DNA of 63,275 nt, counting the filler, from Chiloscyllium plagiosum (Eukaryota): assembly GCF_004010195.1 (NCBI RefSeq). It is 4 parts of 2 records of this genome, joined end to end, with 100 filler letters (N's around TTAATTAATTAA, not from the genome) between each part and the next. Parts side by side here need not be neighbours in the genome. Positions count along the whole stretch, not along the records: positions 1 to 30,931 come from NC_057711.1; 3 more parts are not named here. The stretch is one strand, 5' to 3'. How positions within the stretch are numbered: the first letter of the stretch is position 1; each line of letters begins with the position of its first letter. Positions 1-12,503 of this stretch are shown in pieces. Made by a program: the position numbers and the translations under genes. The notes below the pieces were generated by a model that ran no database searches, was not told where the DNA came from, and worked only from the letters and a program-made list of their open reading frames with translations.

Positions 1-2
1 GA

Positions 3-677
3 AGTGATGTCACGTGTGATGCATGAGGAATTGTGAGGATTGGAAGTGGTTGTGGGAGTGGCCATGATGGGGGCGGAAGTGACATCATCAATCAGCGTGG
101 TGGTGGTAGCTGCATCAGCCGCATGGCTCATGGTGTTTCCGAGGCCAGGGGAATCTTCTGGAATGTATGAGGTGCGCTGGTTATGGAGGTGGGTGGATAA
201 AAGTTTGTTGTACTTACAGTTTTTGATGTTTGAGATGGAGTTGAAATACTGTTTGTTGAGAGTATGAATTCTCTTGAGGATGTAGTACAGAGTGGGTCCT
301 TTGCAATTCTGAGAGAGTGTGGCCCTCAGCTGAGGCAGGGCTGACTGTAGAGAGGTTAGGTACCGGCGCATTGCTGCAAGCGTGGAGCGGAGGATCTTGA
401 AGGAGAACTGTTGCTGGTGTTTTTGAATCTGTAGTCTGTACTGTTTGTCCTGTTCGGGTCCGAACTCTGCTGGTTTAAAGGTGGTCCGCAGTCCGTGTGG
501 GATGAGTTGGTTACGGAGACAGGCACTGAGGAAGCAAATGTGGCTGTGGTAGTGAGTTTGTTTCAGGACATGGTTGAAGAGCTTCAGGGCTGAGGAAATG
601 ACCTGGGAGTTGCAGTGAGAGAGAGACTCCCTGAGATTCTTGTAGAGAGAGGAGGAAAACTTCTTCAAGGCAGGCAT
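3..677 (-). mobile_element. Penelope-like element ORF, N-terminal part (open, runs off the window edge)
   Basis: Manual translation from the ATG at 677 gives 225 stop-free codons (MPALKKFSSSLYKNLRESLSHCNSQVISSALKLFNHVLKQTHYHSHICFLSACLRNQLIPHGLRTTFKP...). A homologous start, MPSLKKLSASLYKDFSESLSHCTPQVISSA, follows the pLTR at about 9573-9662. Confidence 0.75.
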
Positions 678-1486
678 CCTATGACATGTCCTTTTACCTT
701 CTAGAGACTCTGTGGTAACAGTAAACACTATAGAGAAAGTAGGATATGTGAAAAAAATTAAAACAACAGTAATTCATTAATAACTTTCCACTATGTTAAA
801 AAAAACAGCATTTCACTATAGCCTTGGAAAAGTGACAGTAATGCAGACCCTTTAAAGAATCAACAGCGAAAATTGAAACCACTTGAAACCACTTAACTTT
901 TATGTAAATAAATGTCATGAAGTTGGCAGCAGGGATTAGAGAGCCCTAGCTGTCAATCAAACAGGGGCTCAGAGATGAATTATTATTTGTGTTCTTAGTC
1001 ACATTGAGGATGAAAACATGAATGATGGGGTTAGGTGACAGATCAGCTGTCATCTCTTTGGATGGCAGAATAGCATCAAGGTGCTAAATGTCCATCAACT
1101 GTTTCTTTGTTCCTAACTGATAGGTGTGACTCTCAGGTCTGCTGGTCTCCTTTGCAACACCATTAGGGAAGATTCCGTTTCTTACACATGTTAATGGAGT
1201 AAATGGCAGATCTCCTGAAATTTACAGCTGATCCTCACTGGCAACCAGAACCAGCATGTGCCTTCATGTCATGGCAGCAGAAACAGTAGCACTGGCAGAA
1301 ATATGGGACAGAATAAGCAACACACTGGCTTGCAGACCAACATAACCAGGATTCACAATGACCTAGTAGCTGTGATTGAACAAGCCACCCTCCCAGATCC
1401 AGACCTTCCTGAGATCAATAACTTTCCAACCTTCCTGTATTTATTGTACAACTTTGAATTCTGGGTGCAGGTTCCTTGAAGGCGGG

Positions 1487-2090
1487 ATAGTGGAGAAGGC
1501 ATTTGGAATGCTTGCCTTTACTGGTCAGTGCATTGACCATCAGATTTGGGGGGTTATGTTGCAGTTATACAGGACATTGGTTCGGCCACTTTTGGAATAC
1601 TGCGTGCAATTTCGGCCTCCCTGCTACAGGAAGGATGTTGTGAAACTTGAAAGGGTTCAGAAAAGATTTACAAAGATGTTGCCAGAGTTTGAGCATTTCA
1701 GCTACAGGGAGAGGCTGAATAGACTAGGGTTGTTTTCCCTGGAGCGTCAGAGGCTGAGGGGTGACTTTATAGAGATTTATAAAATCATGTGGGGCATGGA
1801 TAGGATAAATAGTCTTTTCTCCAGGGTAGGGGAGTCCAAAACTAGAGGGCATAGGTTTAAGGTGAAAGGGGAAAAATTTAAAAGGAACCTGAGAGGTAAC
1901 GTTTTCACACAGAGGATGGTGCATGTGTGGAATGAGCTGCCAGAGGAAGTGGTGGAGGCTGGTACAGTTAGAACATATAAAAGCCATCTGGATGGGTATA
2001 TGAACAGGAAGGGTTTAGAGGGATATGGGGCAAAGGCTGCCAAGATTAATTTAGGATGTCTGATCAGCATAGAAGAGTTGGGTTTGGTCT
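1487..2090 (+). mobile_element. CR1-type LINE, 3' end of ORF2 (5'-truncated)
   Basis: LYRTLVRPLLEYCVQF...LERVQKRFTKM...SYRERLNRLGLFSLERQRLRGD...TRGH...WNELPEEVV is the typical CR1 ORF2 C-terminus. Confidence 0.9.
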
Positions 2091-2289
2091 AAGAATGTCT
2101 TAAGTAGTCTGCTGTCAAATTGGTTCCCTAAAGTTCAAATATATAGTAATAGGGATTAACAGCTGTTATGCCTCATCAGTGTGATGAGAGGATATCTCAT
2201 CACTCTGGTCAGGAGCCAGAGGGAAGAAGGTTCATAAAGTCTTGAGGCCCCAGTTCTCTGGAAATAGTGTAAATAGCTAGCCTGAATAT

Positions 2290-2677
2290 TGGGGCACAGA
2301 CAGCCTCACACAGGGCACCTCACACCTTTAATGCATTATCTGGGCCGACATGGCACCAAGTGTTAAAGTTCACTTGAGAATGGAACTTTAAAAAAAGTTC
2401 CAGAATTTATATATGGAAGAACTGAAACCAACATGGTCATTCTAAAAGATGAGAGACTTAACAAACAATTCAGGTCTTTTTCAATATATAATTTCAGTTG
2501 CATCACACTGTAAACTTTTGCTATAAATTCTGTGTCTTACGACCTTATGCTCCACAACCACCTGATAAGGAGCAGCGCTCCAAAAACTAGTGCTTCCAAA
2601 TAAACCTGTTGGACTATAACCTGGTGTTATGTGATTTTTAACTTTGTACACCAAGACTGGAATCTCCAAAAAATGTT
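2290..2677 (+). mobile_element. Dispersed repeat family B (probable PLE terminal repeat), degenerate hammerhead
   Basis: Shares cacctgat(g)aaggagcagcgctcc...aaacctgttggactataacctggtgtt with copies at 5421, 16373, 24953, 25812, 27510, 27723 and 28518. Confidence 0.6.
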
Positions 2678-3524
2678 CATTAGTTTGCACAAGTATAGAT
2701 TCCAGTCATAATTTGTTAAAACTAACCAGAGCCCAGTCATGGTAATTATGCCCTTTAAAGAACATTAGAATATTTTGTTATTAAAGATGCTATACAAGTC
2801 ATTGTTGCTGAATAATGTAACAAAATAGTGGTACAACACAGAGTGAAAACCTGGTCACAAAATAAAGCAAAATGAATGACTGCTAATGCATGATGCTAAT
2901 TGTGTTGTATAGTAGAATAGAATAAAACTGAACAGAAAAACAAGACAGCTCTTTGCATATTGAATATCAGTGAGCAGATTTCAGGTGGACAGGACTGAAA
3001 CAATGGCAAAATGCCTCCAGAGATATAAAGTTTAATGTTTCATTTCCAAACCTGAAACAGGTGGAAAGCATCAGCTGACAATTGGCTTGCAGAGAAAGCA
3101 GCTCAGTAATCTTCCTCAGGACTGGATTAAAACACCATTATGACCAGCAAAATTGGCATCAGATCAATACTGAGATAGGTACGGGAAGGATCAAACCAAT
3201 TGTACTGTACTTTGTAACTGAAACTTAAGGCTGATCAAAACTGGGAAGTCAACAAAAGCAAATTACAATAAAATCAGCATTAAATAAATTCTATAAATGT
3301 ATCCTGGAATAAAATTAGCAGAAATAAATTGGACTATAAAACCAATATAAAATAAAGCAGTGCAGTAAAAAAAGTATTTTAAACAGAATCAAATTAAGCT
3401 GTGAAATAGGGTACAATCAAACATGCCTGTTAAAGAGAATATTGGAGCCTACCTTGTTAATTGGTATTTAGGGATTGGGGTTGCTGAAGCTTCCTCAATC
3501 TGGAAGCTAATATGTAACATCCAG

Positions 3525-3805
3525 GGTGGCCCAGTGGTCAGCACAGCTGCTTCACAGCTCCAGGGACTCAGATTTGATTCCAGCCTCAGGTGATATTCTG
3601 TGTGGAATTTGCACGGGTTTCCTACCACAGTCCAAAGATGTGCAGGTTAGGTGAATTGGTGGATGCTAAAGTTGCCCCCAGTGTTCAGGGTGTGTAGATT
3701 AGGTGCATTAGTCAGGGGTAAATGTAGAGCAGTAGGGGAATGGGTCTGGGTGGGTTACTTGGAGGGTTGTTGGGCCAAATGACCTGTTTCCAAATTGTAG
3801 GGATT
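3525..3805 (+). mobile_element. tRNA-derived V-SINE (HE1-like), degraded
   Basis: A/B-box-like head (tggcccagtggtcagc...ttgattcc), V-domain core (gtgtggaatttgcac...tccaaagatgtgcaggttagg) and LINE-like tail. Confidence 0.8.
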
Positions 3806-4206
3806 CTGCACTATCTGTGCAGTTAACCTTGAAGTGGCAGTCATAACTGGTGGTGTTGACTGTATTAGCAATAGAAAGATTTTTATACATTGTCTTATTT
3901 TGTCTTTTTAAAAAATTATTTCTCTTTCCTTTCCTCCTCGGCACTTGAATGAAGCTTGAGGCATTCTCAATATTTGGGCCATTGTTAATCATGAATTGGA
4001 AGAACTGCAAAGAATTGAGGTGTCCCAGGGCTGAGTGAATCATCACTGAAGATTAGAACAATGATTGTACTAATTGTCCTGTCTGGTGAGAATGGGAGCT
4101 GACCAGGGTGGTGATCAGTAGCTGGAGGTTTTGTTACCCATATCAGAGTGGGTTGAAAGATTGCGAGCCAAGGTGTCTGGGACAGAGGCAGAAGTTGCAT
4201 ATTTGA

Positions 4207-4506
4207 ATCATAAAATCCCTACAGTGCAAAAAGAGGCCATTTGGTCCATCAATGAGCATCCCACCTAGGCGCAGCCATTTTCAAAGCTCTGCATTTCTTA
4301 TGGCTAGCCCACACAGCCTGCGCATCCCTGAACACTATGGGCAATTTAGCATGGCCAACCCACCTAACTTACACATCTTTGGACAGCAAGAGGAAACCCA
4401 CACAGGCACACGGAGAATGTGTAAACTCCACACAGTCACCCAAGGATGGGATTGAACATGGGTCACTGGTGCTATGAGGCAACAGTGCTAGCCACTGTGT
4501 CACCGT
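4207..4506 (-). mobile_element. tRNA-derived V-SINE (HE1-like)
   Basis: Reverse complement matches the SINE family at 11090-11390. Confidence 0.8.
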
Positions 4507-4672
4507 GAATGTGAAAGTTTGCACATTTTGGCCTGAGGTCTGCGACTCCTCCACATAACAAGAGATGGGTGTTAATGTTAAAAGGAAATGCTAAGAACAT
4601 TCAAGTTGCAGAAAATAATTTATTTAAATAAAGCTCCTTTGCTCTTGAATGCCCCACGGCAGATCTTTGAAT

Positions 4673-5380
4673 TGTTAGGGTACAGGGTAACCCCCACCCC
4701 CTGCTAATTTAAAGCCAGAAAAGATTCACCTCGTGTGGTAATCTATTAAAATTTGAGAGGCCAAGAATTATCCCAAAGGTTACTCTTCAAAGTAAAAGTA
4801 AACAACTTTTTTTTAAGTCTAACTGAAAATAATTAGCTAACAACTATTTACAACTCTTTCCTCTAACCTATCTTTTACTTTTCCTTCTATAATACTGGTC
4901 CAATAAAATCCCGGATTAAGCTTTACAAAAAATTCAAATTTCAAACCCAGCCAGCTGTCAAATCATCTCTTTGTCTCTTCTTCATTCTTCTTTTCTTCTT
5001 CTTAGGGTTCCTGTTTCACAGGTCATTGATGGATAAAGGTTCCTTTAAGAGAGCGATTCTGCAAGTAGTCTGCAGAAGTTGGTGGCTAGGTAGTTCTCCC
5101 CCCAGCTGTTCAATTTTTTTCAGACTTATACCCCAATGCATTGGATCATTTCATTGGCTTTAGTATTGTCAAAATAGCAAATTCAAACTTGATTGGAGTT
5201 TAGTATCTTGGGGCATAATTTAAACTGATTGACCGAAATTGAATTTGTTTTTGTCTCATAGCAACCAGGTACTACTGGCTGCTGGACCAAATGGTACATT
5301 GTAAATTCTCCAGCACTCTGTGTTCTTGCTAAGTCCTTCATCTCTCTTAAATATACAATACCCCTTACACCTTCGTAACA
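4673..5380 (-). mobile_element. Solo LTR of a Gypsy/Ty3 retrotransposon
   Basis: Ends TGTTA...TAACA, flanked by the 4-bp direct repeat GAAT (4669-4672 and 5381-5384). Homologous to the LTR at 26492-26910; strand taken from that element's PBS. Confidence 0.85.
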
Positions 5381-8300
5381 GAATGTCCATTGCTTTGTTC
5401 AGTGAACCTGTATACTGACTTGGAAGCACTAACTTTTGAAGCACTGCTCCTTCATCAGGTGGTTGTGGAGGTTAAGATCATGCTCACAGAATTTACAGCC
5501 AAAGGAGACCAGTGTCCTGGAGATGCGATACAGTAAACCATCTTAGATTAAAACTTTCATCTTTTATAATGGGATATGCTGGTTTCTGTTCTTTGATATG
5601 TAAATCCTAGAACTTCTTTTAAATTAAATTCTCATGATAGCTCAGATTTTTAAACAATAGATTATGCCTGAAACATCGATTCTTCCACTCCTCAGATGCT
5701 GCCTGACCTGCTGTGCTTTTCCAGCACTACACTCTCGACTAGTGTAATAGGGCACTGACCAGCAGGATTATTTGGTATCTAGTTGTATGTGAAGCTGGGA
5801 GAAACAAGAGTCTTTTTCCCAAACCTAAGTTAAAAGAATGCATGATGCTGTCCCAGCTCTTGCTGCTTAACAGTCTTCCCACATGGTGACCAATCATCCA
5901 TTTCCAAAAGCCAGTGGTGGTAGAGGTGACAAATATTGGGAAAGTATCATCTCTGTGTATGATGGCATTATTGCACAGTACATTTGGAAAATTCAAAGTC
6001 AGAAGTCACACAACAGCAGGTTATAGTTCAACAGGTTGATTTGAAGTGCTGCTCCTTCATCGGGTGCTGCCTGTGCTCTGGAAGCTTGTGTGATTTCAAA
6101 CCAACCTGTTGGACTATGACCTGGTGCTGTGTAACTTCTGACTTTGTCCAACCCAGTCCAGCACTGGCACCTCTACATTTGGAAAATTCATTCACTGGAA
6201 AGGCAGGAACCTAGCTACTCAAACTATAAGTATTAATTTTTCCACCTTTCTTAATTGAATAATTCAAGTTCTTAAGAACTTTCCTGACCAAAGCTACAGT
6301 CAGCCATTTCAGAAAGCCCAGCAAAGTTTAATACCTTGACACCTCTAGAGTTGCTGTCTAAAACATTCATGTATGGGAATAGTCAACACATGAATAAGCA
6401 TACTTGGGTGAACTATAACTATCACAAGGTGGTATCATTGTAACTTGTGAGGGAGTCAGATTGTGAGTAAAGTATTGTTTAGTTGCTTTGTGGAAAATAC
6501 AGGCAATAAACTATCTTATCTGCCACTGTGCTTTTGTTACAACATTTTCATCTTTGTGCTCAGAACTGCCCAACAAAATTGCAATGTGGATACCAGAGAC
6601 TTTCACTCCTTAGAAACTAAATAGAAAACTGTAATTAAAATGTTCAACAAGTAATATTTATAATAATGACAATAATCCAGCAGCACTTGAAAGCACAATA
6701 TAGAAATAGGAGTGAAAATTGGACCATAACTAGATCATTCCCAGGATTGACATTGACCAAATTCCCGTGTAATCAAGAGTTGTCCCTTTATCGGTCTAAA
6801 TGGCCACTCACTGGACAGCAGGGACAGTCAGGCTCCCACCATTGGTCAACTCTGGCAGAGAAAACCCAGACTCCCTTCTCAATGGTGCCTGCAGCCTTTC
6901 TCCAGCTGTCTTGCCTCCCAGTGTCGCTCTAGAGAATTTGCAAAACATTGGGCTTGGCTTGGTAAGACACTCAAAACCCAATCACCTGGAAAAAAATTAA
7001 CATTGGACCCAAAGTTAACTCTGCCTCTCACTCCAGAATTGCTGCCTGACTTGTTTTTGATTTACACAGCATTTTCTGCTTTTTTTACTGTAGATTTCCA
7101 GGACTAAGACAGACACACTTAACCAACATGTTTCTAATGTCAGGAGTTGTTATTGTGAAATAGTTCCATCAAGCTGTGTACAAGGTTATGGCTCATATTG
7201 CCCATATTGTTCAACTAATAATCCATCTCAAGCTGTCATTTAAAATCCCACAGAGAAATTTAAATTCAGGCAATCAAATAAATCAAGAATTATAGTCAGT
7301 GTCAGTAATAAACTACTGGATTGTTATGAAAAGACCATCTAATTCATTAAAGTCCTTTAAAGAAATAAAGAAACTTGCCATAATTATAGCAACTGGCATT
7401 TATGTGACTCCCACTAATTTGGTGGAATCTTAACAATTATCCGAAATATCCAAACAAAACAATCAGCTGTTACCAATGAAAAAATCTTGGACTTGTCAGT
7501 GTATGCTCCTTTCCATCATAAGCAATTAAATACATGCATTTACATTCACAGGATAAATGATATGGGTGCAAGATACACATAGGTTACAGATTACTCTGAA
7601 TTGTAGCATTTCCAATTAAATCATTTTAAATGAATTATTTTAAGTGCTGTGATATCGTTGCACTCATTTTCATAAGCAGATGTCGGGAGTGTCAGTGAAA
7701 AGAGGAACATGTTGCTGAAGGTTTTCATCTTGTACTCAGCAGGACAAATGCAAGAATGCAAAATTTAAAAGAATTTCATCAATTATAGCCAAGAGAAAAG
7801 ATCAACTCTGATTGGCAATAGAAAAAGCAACAGCGAGCTATAAATTTCTCAAGATCTCAGGTAGTTCAAACACAGTGCAAGGTTTGGACATATTCCTTCT
7901 GTTTACAGAGGCTGGGTCCCTGTGTAGGAATTTACATCTCTTCTGCATATTACAAACTCAACTGATTTGCTGAAATTAGTCTTTAGTGTAACTACTAATA
8001 CACTCAGCACTATTCAGCATGTGCTGTCAAATTATAAAATCACTCCTAACAAAGGACATTTTATTGAAAACATAAAATGCTGGAGATCACAGCAGGTCAG
8101 ATAGCATCCATGGAGAGAGAGAAGCTAACATTTCCCTGACCTCTGATGAAGAGTCATCCCATGGATGTTGCCTGACCTGCTGTGATCTCCAGTATATTTT
8201 GTTTTCAGTAGCTTCCAGTACTTGCGGTAATTTGTTCCTACAGTTTTATTTATGATTTTACAACTGCTTGCTTGCTCACAGTGGTTTGTGTTCTGCCTAG

Positions 8301-9406
8301 GTTAAACAGCACCCATGCCCTCCACCTCCTCCAGGATTTCCGCTTCCCCGGTCCCCAACGCCTCATCTTCACCATGGACATCCAGTCCCTGTACACCTCC
8401 ATCCCCCATCACGAAGGACTCAAAGCACTCCGCTTCTTCCTTTCCCGCCGTACCACCCAGTACCCTTCCACCGACACCCTCCTTCGACTGACCGAACTGG
8501 TCCTCACCCTGAACAACTTTTCTTTCCAATCCTCCCACTTTCTCCAAACAAAAGGAGTAGCCATGGGCACCCGCATGGGCACCAGCTATGCCTGCCTCTT
8601 CGTAGGGTATGTGGAACAATCCATCTTCCGCAAATACACTGGCCCCANNNNNNNNNNNNNNNNNNNNNNNNNNNNNNNNNNNNNNNNNNNNNNNNNNNNN
8701 NNNNNNNNNNNNNNNNNNNNNNNNNNNNNNNNNNNNNNNNNNNNNNNNNNNNNNNNNNNNNNNNNNNNNNNNNNNNNNNNNNNNNNNNNNNNNNNNNNNN
8801 NNNNNNNNNNNNNNNNNNNNNNNNNNNNNNNNNNNNNNNNNNNNNNNNNNNNNNNNNNNNNNNNNNNNNNNNNNNNNNNNNNNNNNNNNNNNNNNNNNNN
8901 NNNNNNNNNNNNNNNNNNNNNNNNNNNNNNNNNNNNNNNNNNNNNNNNNNNNNNNNNNNNNNNNNNNNNNNNNNNNNNNNNNNNNNNNNNNNNNNNNNNN
9001 NNNNNNNNNNNNNNNNNNNNNNNNNNNNNNNNNNNNNNNNNNNNNNNNNNNNNNNNNNNNNNNNNNNNNNNNNNNNNNNNNNNNNNNNNNNNNNNNNNNN
9101 NNNNNNNNNNNNNNNNNNNNNNNNNNNNNNNNNNNNNNNNNNNNNNNNNNNNNNNNNNNNNNNNNNNNNNNNNNNNNNNNNNNNNNNNNNNNNNNNNNNN
9201 NNNNNNNNNNNNNNNNNNNNNNTGTTCCCTGGATGCTGCCTGACCTGCTGTGCTGTTCCAGCAATAAAGTTTCAACTTTGATCTCCAGCATCTGCAGATC
9301 TCACTTTCTCCTCGAAGATTTCAACCTACTGCGAATCCTCTTACAAGGATGCCTTCCTTGAAGAAGCTCTCTGCCTCTCTCTACAAAGATCTAACACTCT
9401 CTGCTC

Positions 9407-9442
9407 ATTCCTGAAGAAGGGCCTGTGCCCGAAATGTCGAAT
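9407..9442 (+). ncRNA. Minimal type-I hammerhead ribozyme motif (stem III variant ATGT)
   Basis: ATTC-CTGAAGA-A-GGGC ctgt GCCC-GAAA-TG-TC-GAAT. Confidence 0.65.
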
Positions 9443-9726
9443 CTCCTGTTCCCTGGATGCTGCCTGACCTGCTGTGCTGTTCCAGCAATAAAGTTTCAAC
9501 TTTGATCTCCAGCATCTGCAGATCTCACTTTCTCCTCGAAGATTTCAACCTACTGCGAATCCTCTTACAAGGATGCCTTCCTTGAAGAAGCTCTCTGCCT
9601 CTCTCTACAAAGATTTCAGTGAGTCCCTCTCTCACTGCACACCCCAGGTCATCTCCTCTGCCAACTCCCCTCCTCCAAGTCCCTCCTCCCTACCTTTTAT
9701 CTTCTCCTGCTGAACACTCTCTGCTC

Positions 9727-9762
9727 ATTCCTGAAGAAGGGCCTGTGCCCGAAACGTCGAAT
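9727..9762 (+). ncRNA. Minimal type-I hammerhead ribozyme motif
   Basis: Stem I ATTC/GAAT, core CTGAAGA, stem II GGGC/GCCC, GAAA, palindromic stem III ACGT. Predicted cleavage after GTC at 9758. Confidence 0.8.
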
Positions 9763-10143
9763 CTCCTGTTCCCTGGATGCTGCCTGACCTGCTGTGCTGT
9801 TCCAGCAATAAAGTTTCAAATATGAAATAGATGGCACACTTTTCAGATTTAAAAATGCTAGCCTTTGGAATTCCTAAGTAATCCTTCTCTTGAACAGCCC
9901 TTTCCCATCACTGGCGAAAGATTAGCTGTTTGTGTGTTCTACTGAGGGCTTCATAGACCCTGGCAGTGTCAACAATCTAAATAATTGTCAACTTGTTCTT
10001 TCTAATCCAGCCTTCTGTAGATCAGGATGTGCATACTCCAAATGAGCTGATCTATCAACTTCCATCTGTTTTCTTGAGTTTACACTTGCTGGCTACACTT
10101 GTTAAGAATTTGTAATAGGTTCACATGGTTCCTGCCTCAGGCT

Positions 10144-10431
10144 TTAACATTCATATTTGGTCAGTCCAATGCTCTGACCTTCACTGAGGGAATGTGTGCT
10201 GTATTTCTTGTAAATTTTGTCTGATCTTTCTGCCATGTCAGTCAATTCCCAACGATTGGAAAGATTTGTTTTCTCACCTTTCCATAAAAGGATACAGCTG
10301 ACCTTGTCCTCTTCACTCCTGCCTTTTAGAAACCTATTGAATATCAACTCGCCCTTTTGTTTAAACTTGTCAAATGCCTCCACAAAATTATCAGCCTTCC
10401 AGTTCATTAAGGTCTGGAGTTGTACATCCAT
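10144..10431 (-). mobile_element. Degenerate Gypsy-type gag N-terminal fragment
   Basis: MNWKADNFVEAFDKFKQKGELIF...SEEDKVSCILLWKGEK resembles the gag N-terminus of Ty3/Gypsy elements (from recall, no search run). Confidence 0.55.
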
Positions 10432-11089
10432 TTGTTTTCACACAAATCACTCTGAGTTTTCTCTCCCTCTGACACTAAGCTTGCTTTATTCCCAAGCTAA
10501 TTCAGTCGTTAATTCATGTATATATTTTCTAATCAACCTACTCAGATGTTATTACACACCTCTGGACAGGCTGGGACTTGGACATGTTAATTTTTTTATA
10601 ATTGCAAACATCTCCTTGCCATCATGTCATGTTTATTGATTCCCCTAATTTCAAAATAATCATACTGTTAGACACAACTACTGGAAATGACATCAAGTAT
10701 ATTTCTCAAATCGCATTATGTGCTTCAAAATGATGCATTGCTTGTTCATAAACAGACTGCAACACTGCAGTGAGCGATGTGGCTACTTGGGTACATAGAC
10801 ATATAGCATACTTTCTAACTCTTTTCTATTTATATACCAATATAAGGTTTGTGTGTTTTATGATTTTTGTACATGTTTGTTTATAACTCCACCTGGCTTA
10901 TCCCTAGCCAACTGTGTTTAAATAATTTGATGATATTATTCTGTTAAACAAATGAAAATGATGCAATACTGCTGCCCCCTGTAGGAAATTTCTAAAAATA
11001 AATATTATAACGCTGTCAATCTCCCTGTTAATTAAGTGTAGCAACAAGCCTTCTGTAAGCCAATTGTTGCAAAGCTTAAATAGCACAGT

Positions 11090-11390
11090 TTAGATTACTT
11101 ACAGTGTGGAAACAGGCCCTTCAGCCCAACAAGTCCACACTGACCCTCCAAAGAGCAACCCACCCAGACCCATTCCCCTACACCTAACACTACGGACAAT
11201 TTAACATGGCCAATTCACCCAACCTGCACATTTTTCGACTGTGGGAGCAAACCAGAGCACCCGGAGGAAGCCCGCACAGACACGGGGAGAACGTGCAAAC
11301 TCCACACAGCCAGTTGCCTGAGGCGGGAATTGAACCCTGGTCTCTGGCGCTGTGAGGCAGCAGTGCTAACCACTGAGCCACCGGGCCACC
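11090..11390 (-). mobile_element. tRNA-derived V-SINE (HE1-like), near full length
   Basis: Minus strand reads ggtggctcagtggttagcactgctgcctcacagcgccagagaccagggttcaattcc (A/B boxes), then the V core, then tail gggcctgtttccacactgtaagtaatctaa. Confidence 0.9.
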
Positions 11391-11499
11391 CACCAACTTG
11401 AAACTTGTACGTCAAGTGGAATCACAAATATCTATTTATGTTCATTTGAGTGAAATCTGATAGTGCCATCCAATTTTTTAGTGATTAGAAAATGTATAA

Positions 11500-12503
11500 C
11501 TTTGGGAACATTGTGTGCAATTCTGGTCTCCCTGCTATAGGAAAGATGTTGTGAAACTTGAAAGGGTTCAGAAAAGATTTATAGGGATGCTGACAGGATT
11601 GGAGGGCTTGAGCTATAGGGAGAGGCTGAATAGAGACTTGAAATGCAGGAAGAGGCTGGGGCTATTTTCCCTGGAGCATCGGAGGCTGAGGGGTGACCTT
11701 ATAGAAGTTTACAAAATCATGAGGAGCATGGATAGGGTGAATCATCGAAATCTTTTCCCCAGGGTAGTGGAGTCCAAAACTAGAGGGCATAGGTTTAAGG
11801 TGAGAGGAGAAAGATTTTAAAGGGATCTGAGGTGCAACCTTTTCACGCAGAGGGTGGTGCATGTATGGAATGAGCTGCCAGAGGAAACGATGGAGGCTGG
11901 TACAATTACAACATGTAAAAGGCATCTGGTTGGGGACATGAATAGGAAGGGTTTGGAGGGATATGGGTCAAATATTGGAAAATGGGACCAAGATTACAGG
12001 TCATTCTGGCATAAAGCTTGATTTGTCAACTTCGAATTGGCTATAACATGATTGACAAATTGGGGATGGTAGGAGAAAGTGAGACTGCAGATGCTGGAGA
12101 TCAGAGTCAAAGAGTGTGGTGCTGGAAAAGCACAGCAGGTCAGGCAGCATCCGAGGGGCGGAGAGTCGACGTTTTAAGCATAAGCTCTTCAATCGTGATG
12201 AAGAGCTTATGTTCAAAGTATCAACTCTCCTGCTCCTCGGATGCTGCCTGACTGGCTGTGCTTTTACAGCACCACACTCTTCAAAATTGTGGATGCTGTT
12301 TAGATAGCGTAAACTTTCTAGTGAACGGGGTATAGCAATTTTCTATAGTGATATTCTACAATGTGATTTTTCTATAGCATGAGGTTGCTGAGAAACGCAA
12401 CTGTTGCGTTCTGCCAGAATGGACTGTAATTTAGGATATCTGGCTGGCATGGACAAGCTGCACTGAAGAGTCTAGCTCCACGCTGTACATCTCTATGACT
12501 GTA
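11500..12503 (+). mobile_element. CR1-type LINE 3' end, interrupted at about 11997-12427 by other insertions
   Basis: ORF2 C-terminal motifs (QFWSP...LERVQKRF...LRGDLIEVYK). The 3' tail resumes at about 12428 (atttaggatatctgg...ctctatgact). Confidence 0.85.
12071..12282. repeat. Inverted pair of family-A PLE terminal repeats
   Basis: gagtgtggtgctggaaaagcacagc... and ...gctgtgcttttacagcaccacactc are reverse complements. Both hammerhead cores are degenerate. Confidence 0.75.

Larger units (their letters stand above)
8309..9819 (+). mobile_element. Penelope-like element (family A): RT fragment, gap, tandem pseudo-LTRs
   Basis: FTMDIQSLYTSIPH...LTLNNFSF...QTKGVAMGTRMG.SYACLFVGYVE is PLE-type RT. 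After the N gap (8648-9222) come three partial tandem copies of the terminal repeat. Confidence 0.88.

Noticed and set aside
8272..9361. Long ORFs of 229-329 aa in the track
   Set aside because: Their length comes from the 575-N gap. Only the PLE RT piece at 8309-8647 is real.
9223..9819. CRISPR-like repeat/spacer array
   Set aside because: Units are 224-320 bp PLE termini without unique spacers, the context is vertebrate, and there are no cas genes.
11320..11390. tRNA genes at SINE heads
   Set aside because: The A/B boxes are followed by the V-SINE core and a LINE-like tail in about 10 copies, so they are SINEs and not tRNAs.
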